Numbered from the stretch's first letter, positions 27,251 to 38,030 are shown. The stretch is DNA of 64,000 nt from Acidimicrobiia bacterium (GCA_965203555.1 CBDBCY010000004.1:992001-1056000), one strand, 5' to 3'. Numbers and translations are program-made. Notes: generated by a model from the letters alone, not told the origin.

Positions 27251-27994
27251 GTGACCGTCACGCTCTTCGGGATCCCCCTTCGGGTAAAGCTTTCTTTCCT
27301 GTTGGTGATCTGTCTGTTGGGTATGCCGCTGGTCCGCGGAGTCTCCACCGATCCCCTTGCCCTCGTGGGACGGTTGGTTATCTGGCTGGTGGTGGTTGGG
27401 TTCTCCGTAATAGTCCACGAGTTGGGACACGCGCTGTTGGCCCGCCGATACGGAGCGACGGTGAGCATGGAACTGTGGGCAATGGGCGGCCTGACCTCCT
27501 GGCGTCCCGGCCCCAGGCCGATCACCCCGGCCAGACGGGCAGCCATCGCCGCGGCCGGTTCGGCGTTTGGATTCCTGGTGGGAGGGGCGGCCTTCCCGCT
27601 GTGGAGGCTGGTCGGACCGGATCCCGGCCTTCTCTCTCTGACCCTGGGGTGGCTGGTGTGGGTCAACCTGGGATGGGGACTGATCAACTGGTTGCCCATC
27701 CGGCTTTTGGACGGGGGTCACATATTCAGAGGCGCCATAGAAGTGTTATGGCCTCAAAAGTCCGAAGCAATAGCCAACTACTTCTTCCTCTGCACCTCGG
27801 CGGCCGCCGCCCTGATCGCTTACCACCAAGGTTTCCCCATAGCCGCTCTGTTCGCGGCCGTCATGTTCTTCATGGAAGTCCGACGGCTGCTGCCTGCCAA
27901 TCAGAAGACCAGACGCCCCGCCCCACCACCCCCCGCCGAGAACTTTCTGCTCCCCCCTCCTCCCCCCTCCTCCGACCGGGACATGGACAGGTAG
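27251..27994 (+). CDS. site-2 protease (M50) family membrane metallopeptidase
   Basis: HELGH and NWLPIRLLDGGH motifs within hydrophobic segments. Confidence 0.85.
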   Translation: MTVTLFGIPLRVKLSFLLVICLLGMPLVRGVSTDPLALVGRLVIWLVVVGFSVIVHELGHALLARRYGATVSMELWAMGGLTSWRPGPRPITPARRAAIAAAGSAFGFLVGGAAFPLWRLVGPDPGLLSLTLGWLVWVNLGWGLINWLPIRLLDGGHIFRGAIEVLWPQKSEAIANYFFLCTSAAAALIAYHQGFPIAALFAAVMFFMEVRRLLPANQKTRRPAPPPPAENFLLPPPPPSSDRDMDR

Positions 27995-28235
27995 ATTCGC
28001 AAGGACTGGGCGGGGGTGAGAACTACCCGGGGTAATGGCCGCACAGGCGTGAATGACATCCACAGTGCCTGTGGATCCACCGGGGCCCGCCTTCCCGCCC
28101 GTTCGGCGATTCGGTGTTACCCCGATGACGCCTGCTGCGACAAACTACAAAACCGCCCGCATGGCAGGACAAGCTATAAGATTCTGAACAGCAGTTCAAA
28201 CCTGGATTGCCCATCGGGAGAAAGGATGCGGTGAG

Positions 28236-28892
28236 ATGGAGAGTTTTGTGAATGGAGTGTCAAGCGGCATCCAGGAGGCATGGCAGGATGTGATCACGTT
28301 CGTGCCGAAGTTCGTAGGGGCGTTGGTAATCCTATTTGTCGGATGGCTGGTGGCGCGACTGGTCTACCGGGCCGCCACCCGCTTGCTGGAAGGTGTAGGG
28401 CTTGACCGGTTGTTGGAGAGAGCTGGCCTCGGGGAGAGGATCAAAGCCGCCCAAATCACTGCCGCCGACCTGGTGGCTCGGGCGATCTATTGGTTCCTGC
28501 TGCTGGTGGTCCTGCTGCTCGCCGCCCAAACCCTGGAAGTGCGGCATCTGAGTGATCTGCTGAGCGAACTGATTTCCTACCTGCCCTTGGTGGTGGTGGC
28601 AATCATCATCGTGATCGTTGCATCAGCAGTCGGCGCCTTCCTGGCTGAGGTTGCAACGCCCTGGTCGCGCGATCACAGCATCAGGTGGCTGCCGGAAGTG
28701 GCCCGATGGATGGTGATCGGATTCGGCGCCCTGGCGGCTCTCAACACCTTGAATATCGCCGAGGAAATCGTCAACACCCTGTTCATCGCAGTGGTGGGCA
28801 CCATAGGAGTCAGCCTCGCCATAGCCTTTGGGGTGGGCGGCATCCCGGTTGCGAGGAAGTGGTGGGAGAAGATTCTGCCCGACCGGGACTGA
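28236..28892 (+). CDS. conserved TM-helix repeat protein (MscS-associated TM_helix family)
   Basis: FVPKFVGALVILFVGW / YLPLVVVAIII repeats, AIAFGVGG. Confidence 0.75.
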   Translation: MESFVNGVSSGIQEAWQDVITFVPKFVGALVILFVGWLVARLVYRAATRLLEGVGLDRLLERAGLGERIKAAQITAADLVARAIYWFLLLVVLLLAAQTLEVRHLSDLLSELISYLPLVVVAIIIVIVASAVGAFLAEVATPWSRDHSIRWLPEVARWMVIGFGALAALNTLNIAEEIVNTLFIAVVGTIGVSLAIAFGVGGIPVARKWWEKILPDRD

Positions 28893-29120
28893 TATCGCCT
28901 TGTTCTTCCTCTTTCGGAGAACTCGACCAGAGGTCAGGCCGGTCGTCGGGCAGATCGCCGAGGGGCGTGCCGGTTGGGCTTGTCTTCGCGGTGACATGAC
29001 TTGGTTCTCATAGTGGCAGACCAGCCTCAATACTCGCACTTTCCCTCCTGGCCACCTACTGCAAAGCCGTTGCTCTCTGAGAGTTGGATCTAACAGCACT
29101 CCCGATAATGTATCACAGAT

Positions 29121-30359
29121 ATGGATTTCTCTTACACCCCCAAAGTCGAAGCCCTTCGTAAGCAGCTGCGGACATTTGTCGAGGAGCGGGTCATCCCCTC
29201 CGAGCATGTCTACGAGCAACAGATCAGAGACTCCGGAGATCCCCACCACCACCCGCAGATCATAGAGAACCTCAAGGCAGAAGCCCGCGCGCAGGGCCTG
29301 TGGAATCTGTTCCTGCCTGACCCCGAACATGGCGCCGGTCTGTCGGTCTCCGAATACGCCCCCCTGGCGGAGATCACCGGTCACAGCCCCGAAATCGCAC
29401 CCGAAGCGGTCAACTGCTCGGCGCCCGACACCGGCAACATGGAAATACTCCACATGTTCGGCACGCCCTATCAACAGGAACGCTGGCTACATCCCTTATT
29501 GGAAGGCAAAATCCGTTCGGTTATATCTATGACCGAACCGGATGTCGCTTCAAGCGACCCCCGCAACATCCGCACTCGTATACAGCGGGATGGAGCTCAC
29601 TATGTGATAAGAGGGCGAAAGTGGTTTTCCTCGGGAGGGGCGTCTTCTCGGGCCAAGGTGGCCATAGTGATGGGAGTTACCAACCCCGACGCCGATCCTT
29701 ACCGGCGCCAGAGCATGATACTGGTACCCCTGGACATTCGGGGGGTCAACCTCGAGCACACACCCACTGTGTTCGGCTACCAGCATCGAGGCGGACACGC
29801 CACCATCCACTTTGACCGGGTCAGGGTGCCCGTCGAGAACCTTCTGGGTACCGAAGGGTCGGGTTTTGCCATCGCCCAGGCTCGGTTGGGCCCCGGTCGG
29901 ATCCACCATTGCATGCGGGCCATCGGGGCTGCTGAGAGATGCTTTGCCATGATGGTGAGCCGCGCCAAGGCGCGGACCGCCTTCCGTAAGACCGTGGCCG
30001 AACAGGGGGTGGTTCGGGAATGGATCGCCGAGTCGCGAATCAAGATCGAACAGGCCAGGCTGCTGGTGCTCAAGACAGCCTGGTTGATCGACAAGGTCGG
30101 CGTGCGTTCAGCGCGGGTGGAAATCTCGGCCATCAAAGTGGTCGTGCCCGAGATGCTTTGCTACGTCGCCGATCGGGCCATCCAGGTGTTCGGGGCGGCC
30201 GGATTCACCGACGACTTCCCTCTGGCCTCTTTCTACACGTTGGGTCGTTGGCTGCAGATGGCGGACGGACCCGACGAAGTGCACCGCCGAGCGGTGGCCA
30301 GGGCCGAGATAGGGCGTTTCAAACCCGGGTTCGTACCCGAACCCTACGTCTGGGATTGA
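29121..30359 (+). CDS. acyl-CoA dehydrogenase (ACAD10/11, FadE2-like)
   Basis: NCSAPDTGNME, MTEPDVASSD, AQARLGPGRIHHCMR, ADGPDEVH. Confidence 0.93.
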   Translation: MDFSYTPKVEALRKQLRTFVEERVIPSEHVYEQQIRDSGDPHHHPQIIENLKAEARAQGLWNLFLPDPEHGAGLSVSEYAPLAEITGHSPEIAPEAVNCSAPDTGNMEILHMFGTPYQQERWLHPLLEGKIRSVISMTEPDVASSDPRNIRTRIQRDGAHYVIRGRKWFSSGGASSRAKVAIVMGVTNPDADPYRRQSMILVPLDIRGVNLEHTPTVFGYQHRGGHATIHFDRVRVPVENLLGTEGSGFAIAQARLGPGRIHHCMRAIGAAERCFAMMVSRAKARTAFRKTVAEQGVVREWIAESRIKIEQARLLVLKTAWLIDKVGVRSARVEISAIKVVVPEMLCYVADRAIQVFGAAGFTDDFPLASFYTLGRWLQMADGPDEVHRRAVARAEIGRFKPGFVPEPYVWD

Positions 30360-30377
30360 GCGGGGAGGAATAAGGCG

Positions 30378-30953
30378 ATGAAGTTCGGCGTCACTTTCGA
30401 CTATCTCTGTCCCTTTGCGTGGAACGCTCACGAGGCTGTGTTGGCCGGTCTGGCGGAGGGCCGGCCCTGGAAGGTGGACTTTCTGGCTTTTTCCCTCGCC
30501 CAGGCTCATACCTCCGAGGATGATCCGGCGGTGTGGTTCAACCCGGAAGGGCAATCCGGCCTGGACGCTCTCCAATGGGGGGTGGCGGTTCGCGACCACT
30601 GGCCGGAGCGGTTCGGCAAGGCCCACTTGGCTTTGTTCGCGGCCCGCCACGAACACGGCCTCGATCTGAAGGACACCCAGGTGCTGGCGGACGCCGTATC
30701 GGGAGCGGGCTGCGACCCGGACGGGGTGGCGAGAGTGGTCTCCACCGGGGAACCGCTGTGCAAGATCGCCGGAGAACACATGATGGTGGTGGATCGGTGG
30801 ATGGCATTCGGCGTGCCTACCTTCATCACCGACGAACAGGCCGTTTTCATCCGGTTCATGGAGCGAGGCCGACTGGATGATCTGGATCGCGCCCTGGAAC
30901 TACTCTCTTGGAACCGCCTCAACGAGTACAAGCACACCACCATTCCGCGCTGA
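30378..30953 (+). CDS. DsbA/thioredoxin-fold protein
   Basis: FDYLCPFAW and FGVPT motifs. Confidence 0.75.
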   Translation: MKFGVTFDYLCPFAWNAHEAVLAGLAEGRPWKVDFLAFSLAQAHTSEDDPAVWFNPEGQSGLDALQWGVAVRDHWPERFGKAHLALFAARHEHGLDLKDTQVLADAVSGAGCDPDGVARVVSTGEPLCKIAGEHMMVVDRWMAFGVPTFITDEQAVFIRFMERGRLDDLDRALELLSWNRLNEYKHTTIPR

Positions 30954-31022
30954 AGCCCGTTCCGTCCACCGTTTCAGACAATGCGACCCTCCAAGAGGGG
31001 TGTGGATCAGACCGCCGCGTCC

Positions 31023-31811
31023 CTAGAGACCGGATTCGCCTGCTGCGTCGTGTGCGTCCACCCCTACGATCAGGGTGACCAGCCGGTCCATGGAGATGTC
31101 CTCGGTCAGTTCCGCCACCTTCTGACCGTGTCGCAGGACCACTACCCGGTCGGCCAACTCCATCACGTGGGGCAGGATGTGGCTGATCAACACCACCGCC
31201 ACCCCGCTACCGGCAATCTGGCGGGCAAGGCGCAGCACTCTTGAGGATTCCCTGACCCCGAGGGCGGCGGTGGGCTCGTCCATGAACATGGCCGTCTTGG
31301 CCCAGAACGCACCCCGTGCCACCGCCACCGACTGCTGCTGCCCACCTGACATCTCCCCGATGGACACGCCCGTGGACCGGGGAATATTGACGCCCAGGGC
31401 ATCTATCTGGGTGAGCGCACGGGCTTCCATCTCCCCCCTATCAAGCATGCCGATCTTCCCGGCCAGTCCCTTCCTCAGAACCTCTCTTCCCAGGAAAAGG
31501 TTGGTGACCACATCCCGATCCGGCGCCAGCGCCAAGTCCTGGAAAATGGTCTCTATGCCCAGATCCCGGGCGTCGGCCGGGGTCTTGAGCACCACCCTTT
31601 CACCGTTGACTCGGACCTCGCCCCCATCCGGGATCACAGCCCCCGCCAGGATCTTGATCAGGGTTGACTTACCGGCCCCGTTGTCACCCACCAGCGCCGT
31701 TATCTCCCCGGCGCGGATCTCGATGTCCACATTGTCGAGCGCGATGATCGGCCCGTAGGACTTGCTGAGGCCCCTTCCTTCAATTACCACTCGGCCTTTT
31801 TCAACCGACAT
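31023..31811 (-). CDS. sugar ABC transporter ATP-binding protein
   Basis: GDNGAGKST, MSGGQQQ, MDEPTAALG, ISH. Confidence 0.93.
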   Translation of the reverse strand: MSVEKGRVVIEGRGLSKSYGPIIALDNVDIEIRAGEITALVGDNGAGKSTLIKILAGAVIPDGGEVRVNGERVVLKTPADARDLGIETIFQDLALAPDRDVVTNLFLGREVLRKGLAGKIGMLDRGEMEARALTQIDALGVNIPRSTGVSIGEMSGGQQQSVAVARGAFWAKTAMFMDEPTAALGVRESSRVLRLARQIAGSGVAVVLISHILPHVMELADRVVVLRHGQKVAELTEDISMDRLVTLIVGVDAHDAAGESGL

Positions 31812-32839
31812 CAGGCTTCCTCCGTTCCCGCTCGAAGTCCGCGGAAGACGCCCCTTCCTCCCAGCGTCCGTCCGGACAGTTGATCGGTGGCCACCGCCCC
31901 GACCAGCAGTAGGCCTCTCGAAATGTCCTGGTACGGCACCGGCAGTCCGACCAGGTTGAGGGAGTTGGCAATGACGCCCAACAGCACCACTCCCAGAATC
32001 GTGCCGGTTATCGAACCCCGACCTCCGGTCAGGGCCGTTCCTCCCACGATCACCGCCGCGATGATCTCCAGTTCCCTGCCCTGGCCCCCGTAGGGGAAGG
32101 CCGATCCGGCCTGGCTGGTAAGAACCACTCCGGCCAGCGCCGAGAAGAACCCCGAGGCGAGGAATACACCCCAGGTGATCCTGGGCACACTGATTCCGGC
32201 GCGACGCGCAGCTTCGGGACTGCTGCCCACCGCGTAGATGTGGGCGCCCACCTTGGTGTATCGCATCACGAAGCCGATCAGGACAAAGACCACCACCGTG
32301 TAGAAGACAGGTTTGGGAATCCCGAGGGCCGATCCCTGCCCCAGGTTGACATAGGACTCGGCAGGGATGAATATCGATCTGCCTCCGTTTACCAGAAACG
32401 CCACACCCCTGGCAATGAAGGCCGTGCCGATCGTGGCGATCAGGGAGTTGACCCGGAACTTCACGACGATCACCGCGTTGACGAATCCCATCAAAAGGCC
32501 CACCACCAACGCCCCGATTATCGCCACCGGCACCGGCAGTTCCTGCACCAGCAGCGCCCCGGCGGTCATCCCCGACAGGCCCATCGTGGCCGCCACCGAC
32601 AGATCGACGTTGCCGGAGATCAGCATCGGGGTGGAAACCGCCGCCACGATTCCGGTGATCGCCACCGCCCGGGCCACGTTCAGGAAGTTGCCCGCCGCGA
32701 AGAAGTACGGACTGACCATGGTCATGACGATGCCGATAGCCACAATCGCCAGGGCGAGCCCGAGCGAACGCCGACCCCCGCCGACGTTCGCTCGGATCCT
32801 ACGCCCGTAGCCACCTGAAGATGGCTTCTGGCCTATCAC
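31811..32839 (-). CDS. sugar ABC transporter permease (RbsC type)
   Basis: ISGNVDLSV, GAHIYAVGSSPEAARRAGI, ELEIIAAVIVGGTALTGGRGSI. Confidence 0.92.
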   Translation of the reverse strand: MIGQKPSSGGYGRRIRANVGGGRRSLGLALAIVAIGIVMTMVSPYFFAAGNFLNVARAVAITGIVAAVSTPMLISGNVDLSVAATMGLSGMTAGALLVQELPVPVAIIGALVVGLLMGFVNAVIVVKFRVNSLIATIGTAFIARGVAFLVNGGRSIFIPAESYVNLGQGSALGIPKPVFYTVVVFVLIGFVMRYTKVGAHIYAVGSSPEAARRAGISVPRITWGVFLASGFFSALAGVVLTSQAGSAFPYGGQGRELEIIAAVIVGGTALTGGRGSITGTILGVVLLGVIANSLNLVGLPVPYQDISRGLLLVGAVATDQLSGRTLGGRGVFRGLRAGTEEA

Positions 32840-32865
32840 AGTTCGATAAGACCCCTAAATCGCTA

Positions 32866-34113
32866 TCAGCACTTCGCCTGGTCGATGGTCTCCGCGTCCA
32901 CCACTGTGGCCTGAGGGTAGATCTCGGACGGAATCGGATTGCCCTCGGCAACGTCCTGGGCGATCGCGATGCCGTACTCACCCCAGAGTTGGGGGACGAA
33001 GTCCACCGTGGTGAGGAACGTGGGATCGTTGGCGCACAACGGACCAACCGACTCCTGGGAGAGTCCCACACCGCCGGCAATCGAGGTCTCGGCCCGGCCC
33101 GACTCACGGAGGGCGTTCACCATGCCCAGGGTCCGCAGGTCGTTGATGCCGAAGCCCATGATGTTCTGGGTGTCGGGATGGGCAGTCAACCAGTCGGCCA
33201 CGTTGGCCTGGTCGGTCACGATGTCGGAAGGACATTCGAGTTCGTGGATGTTGTCGTCGCCAACATCGAACGACTCCTTGACCACTTCTCGGAATCCGAT
33301 GATGGATGCGTAGGGACTGGTCCGGTCCTGCACGAAAGCGGAATGGGAGCAGAGAAGGACATCGACGTCGCCCGTCGTCCAGCCCCTGCCTTCCGCCACC
33401 GCAATCAGGTACTCAGCCGAGGCGCGACCAACGGCGTACCACTCGCCGCCTCCGAAGAAGGGATGGCCCTCATGCGGCACCGAGTGGGCGACGGCCGGGA
33501 TGCAGGCCTCTTTGTACTTGCCCATGATTGCCGGGTTGAGATTGGCCAGAACGTTCATCGAGAGGACCACGTCCGGATCGTGCTGGACGACCAGGTCGGC
33601 AACGACCAGCGGCTGCTCCTCGCTCGGATACTGGTTGTCGAACTCCGTCACGTCGGCGCCCGAGGCAGCGGCCGCCACCCGGAAGCTCTCATTCGCCACT
33701 ATCAACGTGTCGAAGACGTTGTCCTCGGGAGTCCAGGCAAACCGGTAGCCGGAGTCTCCGGCTTCCCGGAGCACTGCCTGATAGAAGTCGGGGTGGTCAT
33801 CGGTTTCGACGAACGAGCAACTGTCCTCGTCCCAGACGACCCATGTGGCTTCCGCGGCCTGCTCGGCGTTGGAAATGGTGGTGGGCAGTTCCATTATTAC
33901 TGCACCCAGGCCTCCCGCCGGAGCCGCAGTCGTTTCGGGTGCTGCGGTGGTTTCGGGTGCGGCAGTGGTTTCGGGTGCTGCGGTGGTGTCCGGCGCAGCC
34001 GTGGTGACGGGCGCCGCCGTTGTTTCGGCAGCATCGTCGCCGTCGCCACAGGCTGCAAGTACCAGTGATAACGACAACACCGTTGCGATAAACGCTCGTG
34101 AAAGCCGTGACAT
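32866..34113 (-). CDS. sugar ABC transporter substrate-binding lipoprotein (RbsB-like)
   Basis: Lipobox LAAC, PETTAA linker, WLTAHPD...GINDLRTLG; first gene of the ABC operon. Confidence 0.82.
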   Translation of the reverse strand: MSRLSRAFIATVLSLSLVLAACGDGDDAAETTAAPVTTAAPDTTAAPETTAAPETTAAPETTAAPAGGLGAVIMELPTTISNAEQAAEATWVVWDEDSCSFVETDDHPDFYQAVLREAGDSGYRFAWTPEDNVFDTLIVANESFRVAAAASGADVTEFDNQYPSEEQPLVVADLVVQHDPDVVLSMNVLANLNPAIMGKYKEACIPAVAHSVPHEGHPFFGGGEWYAVGRASAEYLIAVAEGRGWTTGDVDVLLCSHSAFVQDRTSPYASIIGFREVVKESFDVGDDNIHELECPSDIVTDQANVADWLTAHPDTQNIMGFGINDLRTLGMVNALRESGRAETSIAGGVGLSQESVGPLCANDPTFLTTVDFVPQLWGEYGIAIAQDVAEGNPIPSEIYPQATVVDAETIDQAKC

Positions 34114-34235
34114 ATTCTTCTCCTCTTGAGGGATTTGTGTCCATTATTGCCAGGCCATCAGGCGATCGGGGGCCAAAGTCACATAATTTTTGGACGACCG
34201 CCCGGCGACAAACCCTGGTACCGTGGGTTTCGGGC

Positions 34236-35084
34236 ATGAGAACTCGATATTCCTGCGCTGATTACGGATGGCCGTCACTGCAGCATCGCACCGTGATGGC
34301 AGTGGCCAGTGACCTGGGTTATGACGGGATAGACATCGGGATCTTCGAAGACGTCACCCACACCAAGGTTTCAGATCTGAGGCACTGGCGGGAGAAGTCC
34401 GCCAGGATCAACAGGGATCTCAACACCATGGGACTGAAATGCGCCGATGTCTTCTTGATCCCGAGTGTCGATCTGTCCTGTCTGACGGCATCTCATCCGG
34501 ACCCCCAGGTACAGGCCGAAGCAATCAGGATCTTCGAACTGGCGGCTCTGTTTGCCCGAAGTCTGAAGGCGCCCGGCTTGACTATCTGCCCCGGGGTGGT
34601 ACACGAAGGGGATACCCGACAGCAGGCATTGCTTAGGGCCTCCGAGGCGCTTCGAGCGCGGGTGGACATAGCGTCCTTCAATGGACTCGAGTTGTCGGTT
34701 GAGCCGCATTGGGGATCATTGATCGACACGGCCGAGAGGGTGGGCGATCTGTTGGATGCAGTGGACGGGCTGAGCCTCACGCTGGATGTCTCGATGATGT
34801 TCTTTTGCGGGATGACTGTCGAAGAGATCTCCTCATTTGCATCCAGAACCCGACATGTCCAGTTCCGGCCGGGCAACCGTGATCGTGTTCAGGTACGGTT
34901 GGTCCACAACCAAATAGAGTTCGGGCCGGTCCTGGAAGCGCTGAACAACGCTTCCTACCGGGGGTGGCTGGGTACGGAATACGTTTGGATGGAGAGATGG
35001 GGATGCGACCAGGTCGACGTCACCGAAGAATCGAGACAACTCCTCAAGTCCCTCAAGGGAGAAAAGCCGCCCTCCATGCTGTAG
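34236..35084 (+). CDS. sugar phosphate isomerase/epimerase (xylose isomerase-like TIM barrel)
   Basis: LGYDGIDI, LSVEPH, LTLDVS, HVQFR, YRGWLGTEY. Confidence 0.75.
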   Translation: MRTRYSCADYGWPSLQHRTVMAVASDLGYDGIDIGIFEDVTHTKVSDLRHWREKSARINRDLNTMGLKCADVFLIPSVDLSCLTASHPDPQVQAEAIRIFELAALFARSLKAPGLTICPGVVHEGDTRQQALLRASEALRARVDIASFNGLELSVEPHWGSLIDTAERVGDLLDAVDGLSLTLDVSMMFFCGMTVEEISSFASRTRHVQFRPGNRDRVQVRLVHNQIEFGPVLEALNNASYRGWLGTEYVWMERWGCDQVDVTEESRQLLKSLKGEKPPSML

Positions 35085-35109
35085 TTGCCGAAAAGCGGTG
35101 AGTCCGCGG

Positions 35110-36135
35110 CTATTTACCTGGAAACATGATGGGTCTCCCGTGCTGTTCAGCCGATTCGTAGCAGGCGTCCACCAGGCGAAGCGTCAAGAGATTGTCCCGC
35201 CCCGAGATGAGCGGCTGCGCCCCGGTTCGGATGGCCTCCGTCACATGGCGCAAGGCCTTGGAGAAAGCGTCCGGTACCCACGAATCCGCGGTGCGAACCA
35301 GCGTGGGTTCCGAACCCGGGACTGCCTGGACCAAGAAGTCGGGACTGGGAATCGGGTAGGCGTCCCAGATCCCCAGATGCGCGAAGAAGAGTCCGTCTGC
35401 GGCCACGGCCCGCATCGAAGCCGTGTGGCTTCCCTCCGCCCGCCGGGAGTCCCGGATCGCCACCGACAAATGAGCAAACCGGAGTATTGCGTAGAAGGCC
35501 GACTCGCCGGCAATCCCCGGAATGTCGCAGGGGCCCACCCAGGCGCGGACCTCCTCCGGCTCACCGAACAGCCACCGGCAGGCATCCAGGAAGTGGATGG
35601 AATTGAACAGTCCCGCAAAACGCGGCGAGTCCGACAGCCAATCCGGCAGCCCATCGCCCCTTTCGATCAGCCACACCAGATCGAATGCAGCCGTGCGGAC
35701 CGACCGGCCTTCGGCGAACCGTTGAAAGTCGAGGATTGCCGGCGCCCACCTCATCTGCTGGTTGACCGCCAACACTCTCCCGCAGGCATCGGCCATATCA
35801 ACCAACCGGGCGGCGGCGCCGATGTCCGTTGCCAGTGGTTTCTGGGCAAGAACGTGCTTTCCCGCCTGCAGAGCGGCCATGACGACGTCCGGCTGTTGCT
35901 GTGGAGGAATCGCGATGTCTATCAGGTCGACTTCAGGGTCCGCCAACAAGGCTTCGATGACGGTGGCGGCAGGGACCCCCGCCTCCCGCGCCAACGATCC
36001 GCTCTTTCGGAAATCAACATCGAATATGCCGCGAAGTTCCACCACATCCGCGTTGTTGCGGTAAGCATGCAGATGCGCTGCCCGGGCGATTTCACCGGCG
36101 CCCACCAAGCCGATTCCCAGCCGACCGGATGTCAC
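35110..36135 (-). CDS. Gfo/Idh/MocA family oxidoreductase
   Basis: GLVGAGEIA, GKHVLAQKP, VNQQMRW, IHFLD. Confidence 0.88.
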   Translation of the reverse strand: MTSGRLGIGLVGAGEIARAAHLHAYRNNADVVELRGIFDVDFRKSGSLAREAGVPAATVIEALLADPEVDLIDIAIPPQQQPDVVMAALQAGKHVLAQKPLATDIGAAARLVDMADACGRVLAVNQQMRWAPAILDFQRFAEGRSVRTAAFDLVWLIERGDGLPDWLSDSPRFAGLFNSIHFLDACRWLFGEPEEVRAWVGPCDIPGIAGESAFYAILRFAHLSVAIRDSRRAEGSHTASMRAVAADGLFFAHLGIWDAYPIPSPDFLVQAVPGSEPTLVRTADSWVPDAFSKALRHVTEAIRTGAQPLISGRDNLLTLRLVDACYESAEQHGRPIMFPGK

Positions 36136-37331
36136 GAAGGCAACCGGACCTCGTGTACCAGTTCGTTACCGTCGATGAACAGCCGGCCGAGATCCCGCCC
36201 GTTGCCTTCGATCCCCTCACTGATCAGACCCACCAGGGTCTCGGTCCCCTCACCCGCCTCGCTCAAAGAAGGATCTATCAGCGCCTCCACCGCATTGCGG
36301 TAAATACCTGTCTCTCCATCGAATTCGTAGTCGTTGAGGCGTAGGTGGCAACGCCAGTATTCCTTCCAGGCGGCGCCGGCATCCGTGGTCATGCGAGGAT
36401 CCAATGCCGCGAACAACTCGTAACCGGAGCTTCTGACAACGTCCCGCATCGCCTCATGACCGAGGGAGTCCCGCACCTCGATCCACAGCAGCGCCAGCCA
36501 GAACCGGTAGACGTCGTGGATGGCGTCCCGCCATCCGAACAGGCACTCGTCAACCAACTCCCGGGCCTGGTCGCGGTCGCCGCTCTCCACCAGTTGGATC
36601 AAACGGTCGAGCGGATGAGTCGCTATCCATACCAGTTGTTCGTCGGTCAGCCAACGCTTCGGATCAGCGACCTTCAACCCCGGACCGCGGTCGGGCGGTG
36701 GCAGCTCGGCCCGCCGGTAGAACTCGTCGGGAGGGAGGTGACCGTCCTTGTATGTGTGCTGAAGGCAAATGCCCTGCTCTCGAAGAGGCGTCCAGCCCTC
36801 CACGATGAAAACGGCCTTGTTGTATCGGAGGGCGGCATGGCCCATCTCCGAGCAGTGATTGCAGTAGCTCGGATAGTCCGAAGACATGAACGTCGACAGG
36901 GTGGGACGCACCGAGAGAGGAAGCGCCCTACGTCCTTTATAGGCGCCTTCCTGGATCAAACGCATCCCGCTCCCACACGGACCCAGGATGAACGTGAACC
37001 GCTCCGGTTCCTCCACCAGCTCGAACTCGGTGGCGTGCCAGTGCCACCCCGCCGCGATGTTGTTCAGCCGCTGCATGATGGGTCCCTGGGAATACTGAGG
37101 TATTTCACCATCACCCATCAGATCCAGCACCACCCGTCGTCCAATGGCCTCCCCTTCCTCGGGGCCGGCGATCTGAATGCCTTCCGCCAGCGTGCGAGCC
37201 ACTGCATTGCGGAGCCCGTCGTGGACTATGACGTACTCTGCTCTGAGCAGATCGGCGATCAGGCGGCACCGGCCGGAATCTCCCGCCTCTACCGCTTCAA
37301 TCAGTTCTTCGAATCGCGTGGCGAGTGGCAA
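36132..37331 (-). CDS. hypothetical protein with an internally duplicated helical domain and a Cys/His cluster (start estimated at TTG 37331)
   Basis: Long ORF coupled to the oxidoreductase (ATGA overlap); PCGSG...YCNHC...C motif. Confidence 0.65.
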   Translation of the reverse strand: MPLATRFEELIEAVEAGDSGRCRLIADLLRAEYVIVHDGLRNAVARTLAEGIQIAGPEEGEAIGRRVVLDLMGDGEIPQYSQGPIMQRLNNIAAGWHWHATEFELVEEPERFTFILGPCGSGMRLIQEGAYKGRRALPLSVRPTLSTFMSSDYPSYCNHCSEMGHAALRYNKAVFIVEGWTPLREQGICLQHTYKDGHLPPDEFYRRAELPPPDRGPGLKVADPKRWLTDEQLVWIATHPLDRLIQLVESGDRDQARELVDECLFGWRDAIHDVYRFWLALLWIEVRDSLGHEAMRDVVRSSGYELFAALDPRMTTDAGAAWKEYWRCHLRLNDYEFDGETGIYRNAVEALIDPSLSEAGEGTETLVGLISEGIEGNGRDLGRLFIDGNELVHEVRLPS

Positions 37332-37625
37332 GACCCTTTCCTTTCCGCTTGGCCTTCCCCTTAGGTTTAGCTGTGATGGGTGTGCTTTCCCTGGCATCCT
37401 ACCGGGATGACCGGGTCTGATCCGGTCTGATGGTTGGTATTTTTTCTGGCCCACAACCGCCGAGACGGGACCAGGAAACACAGATGGAGGGAGGCAGACC
37501 TGATGAGGGCAGGGGGACAGTCGCAAAACACCTTCCCATATCTAAGCGGAAATATATCAGATAATCTATGTGTTATATAGAATGTAATCTGATACTTCTA
37601 CCCTCAAAAGAAAGGAAGTGCGCCA

Positions 37626-38015
37626 ATGTTGGCCAGGATCAATCCGCTCTTCGAGTTCCCTTCGGCGGTCTCCAACACGCTGCCGGCCGAGGTCTACCTG
37701 GTGGACGACAACTTCGTGGTGACGCTGGACATGCCGGGAATGGACCCCGAGGTCATCGACGTGGAGGTGTCGAAGAACACCCTCACCGTCTCCGCCCAGC
37801 GGGACACCGCCGGGGAGCGTCCCGAGAACGCCCGGGTGTTCTTCGTGGAGCGTCCCAGCGGAAGCTTCCGCCGCAAGTTCGTGATCGGCAGCGATCTCGA
37901 CATCTCGGAGACGACCAGTTCCTACGAGAACGGCGTCCTGACCCTCACCATCCCGGTGGCGGCCTCGTCACGGCCCCGCAAGATTCCGATCGCCACCCAA
38001 CAGAACGGACAGTAA
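37626..38015 (+). CDS. Hsp20/alpha-crystallin family small heat shock protein
   Basis: LDMPGMDPEVIDV, ERPSGSFRR, YENGVLTLTIP, PRKIPI. Confidence 0.92.
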   Translation: MLARINPLFEFPSAVSNTLPAEVYLVDDNFVVTLDMPGMDPEVIDVEVSKNTLTVSAQRDTAGERPENARVFFVERPSGSFRRKFVIGSDLDISETTSSYENGVLTLTIPVAASSRPRKIPIATQQNGQ

Positions 38016-38030
38016 AGACAGCCGACCCAT

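Noticed and set aside
37527-37625. CIRCE or HAIR heat-shock operator upstream of hsp20
   Set aside because: The region is AT-rich, but neither TTAGCACTC-N9-GAGTGCTAA nor CTTGAGT-N7-ACTCAAG is present.
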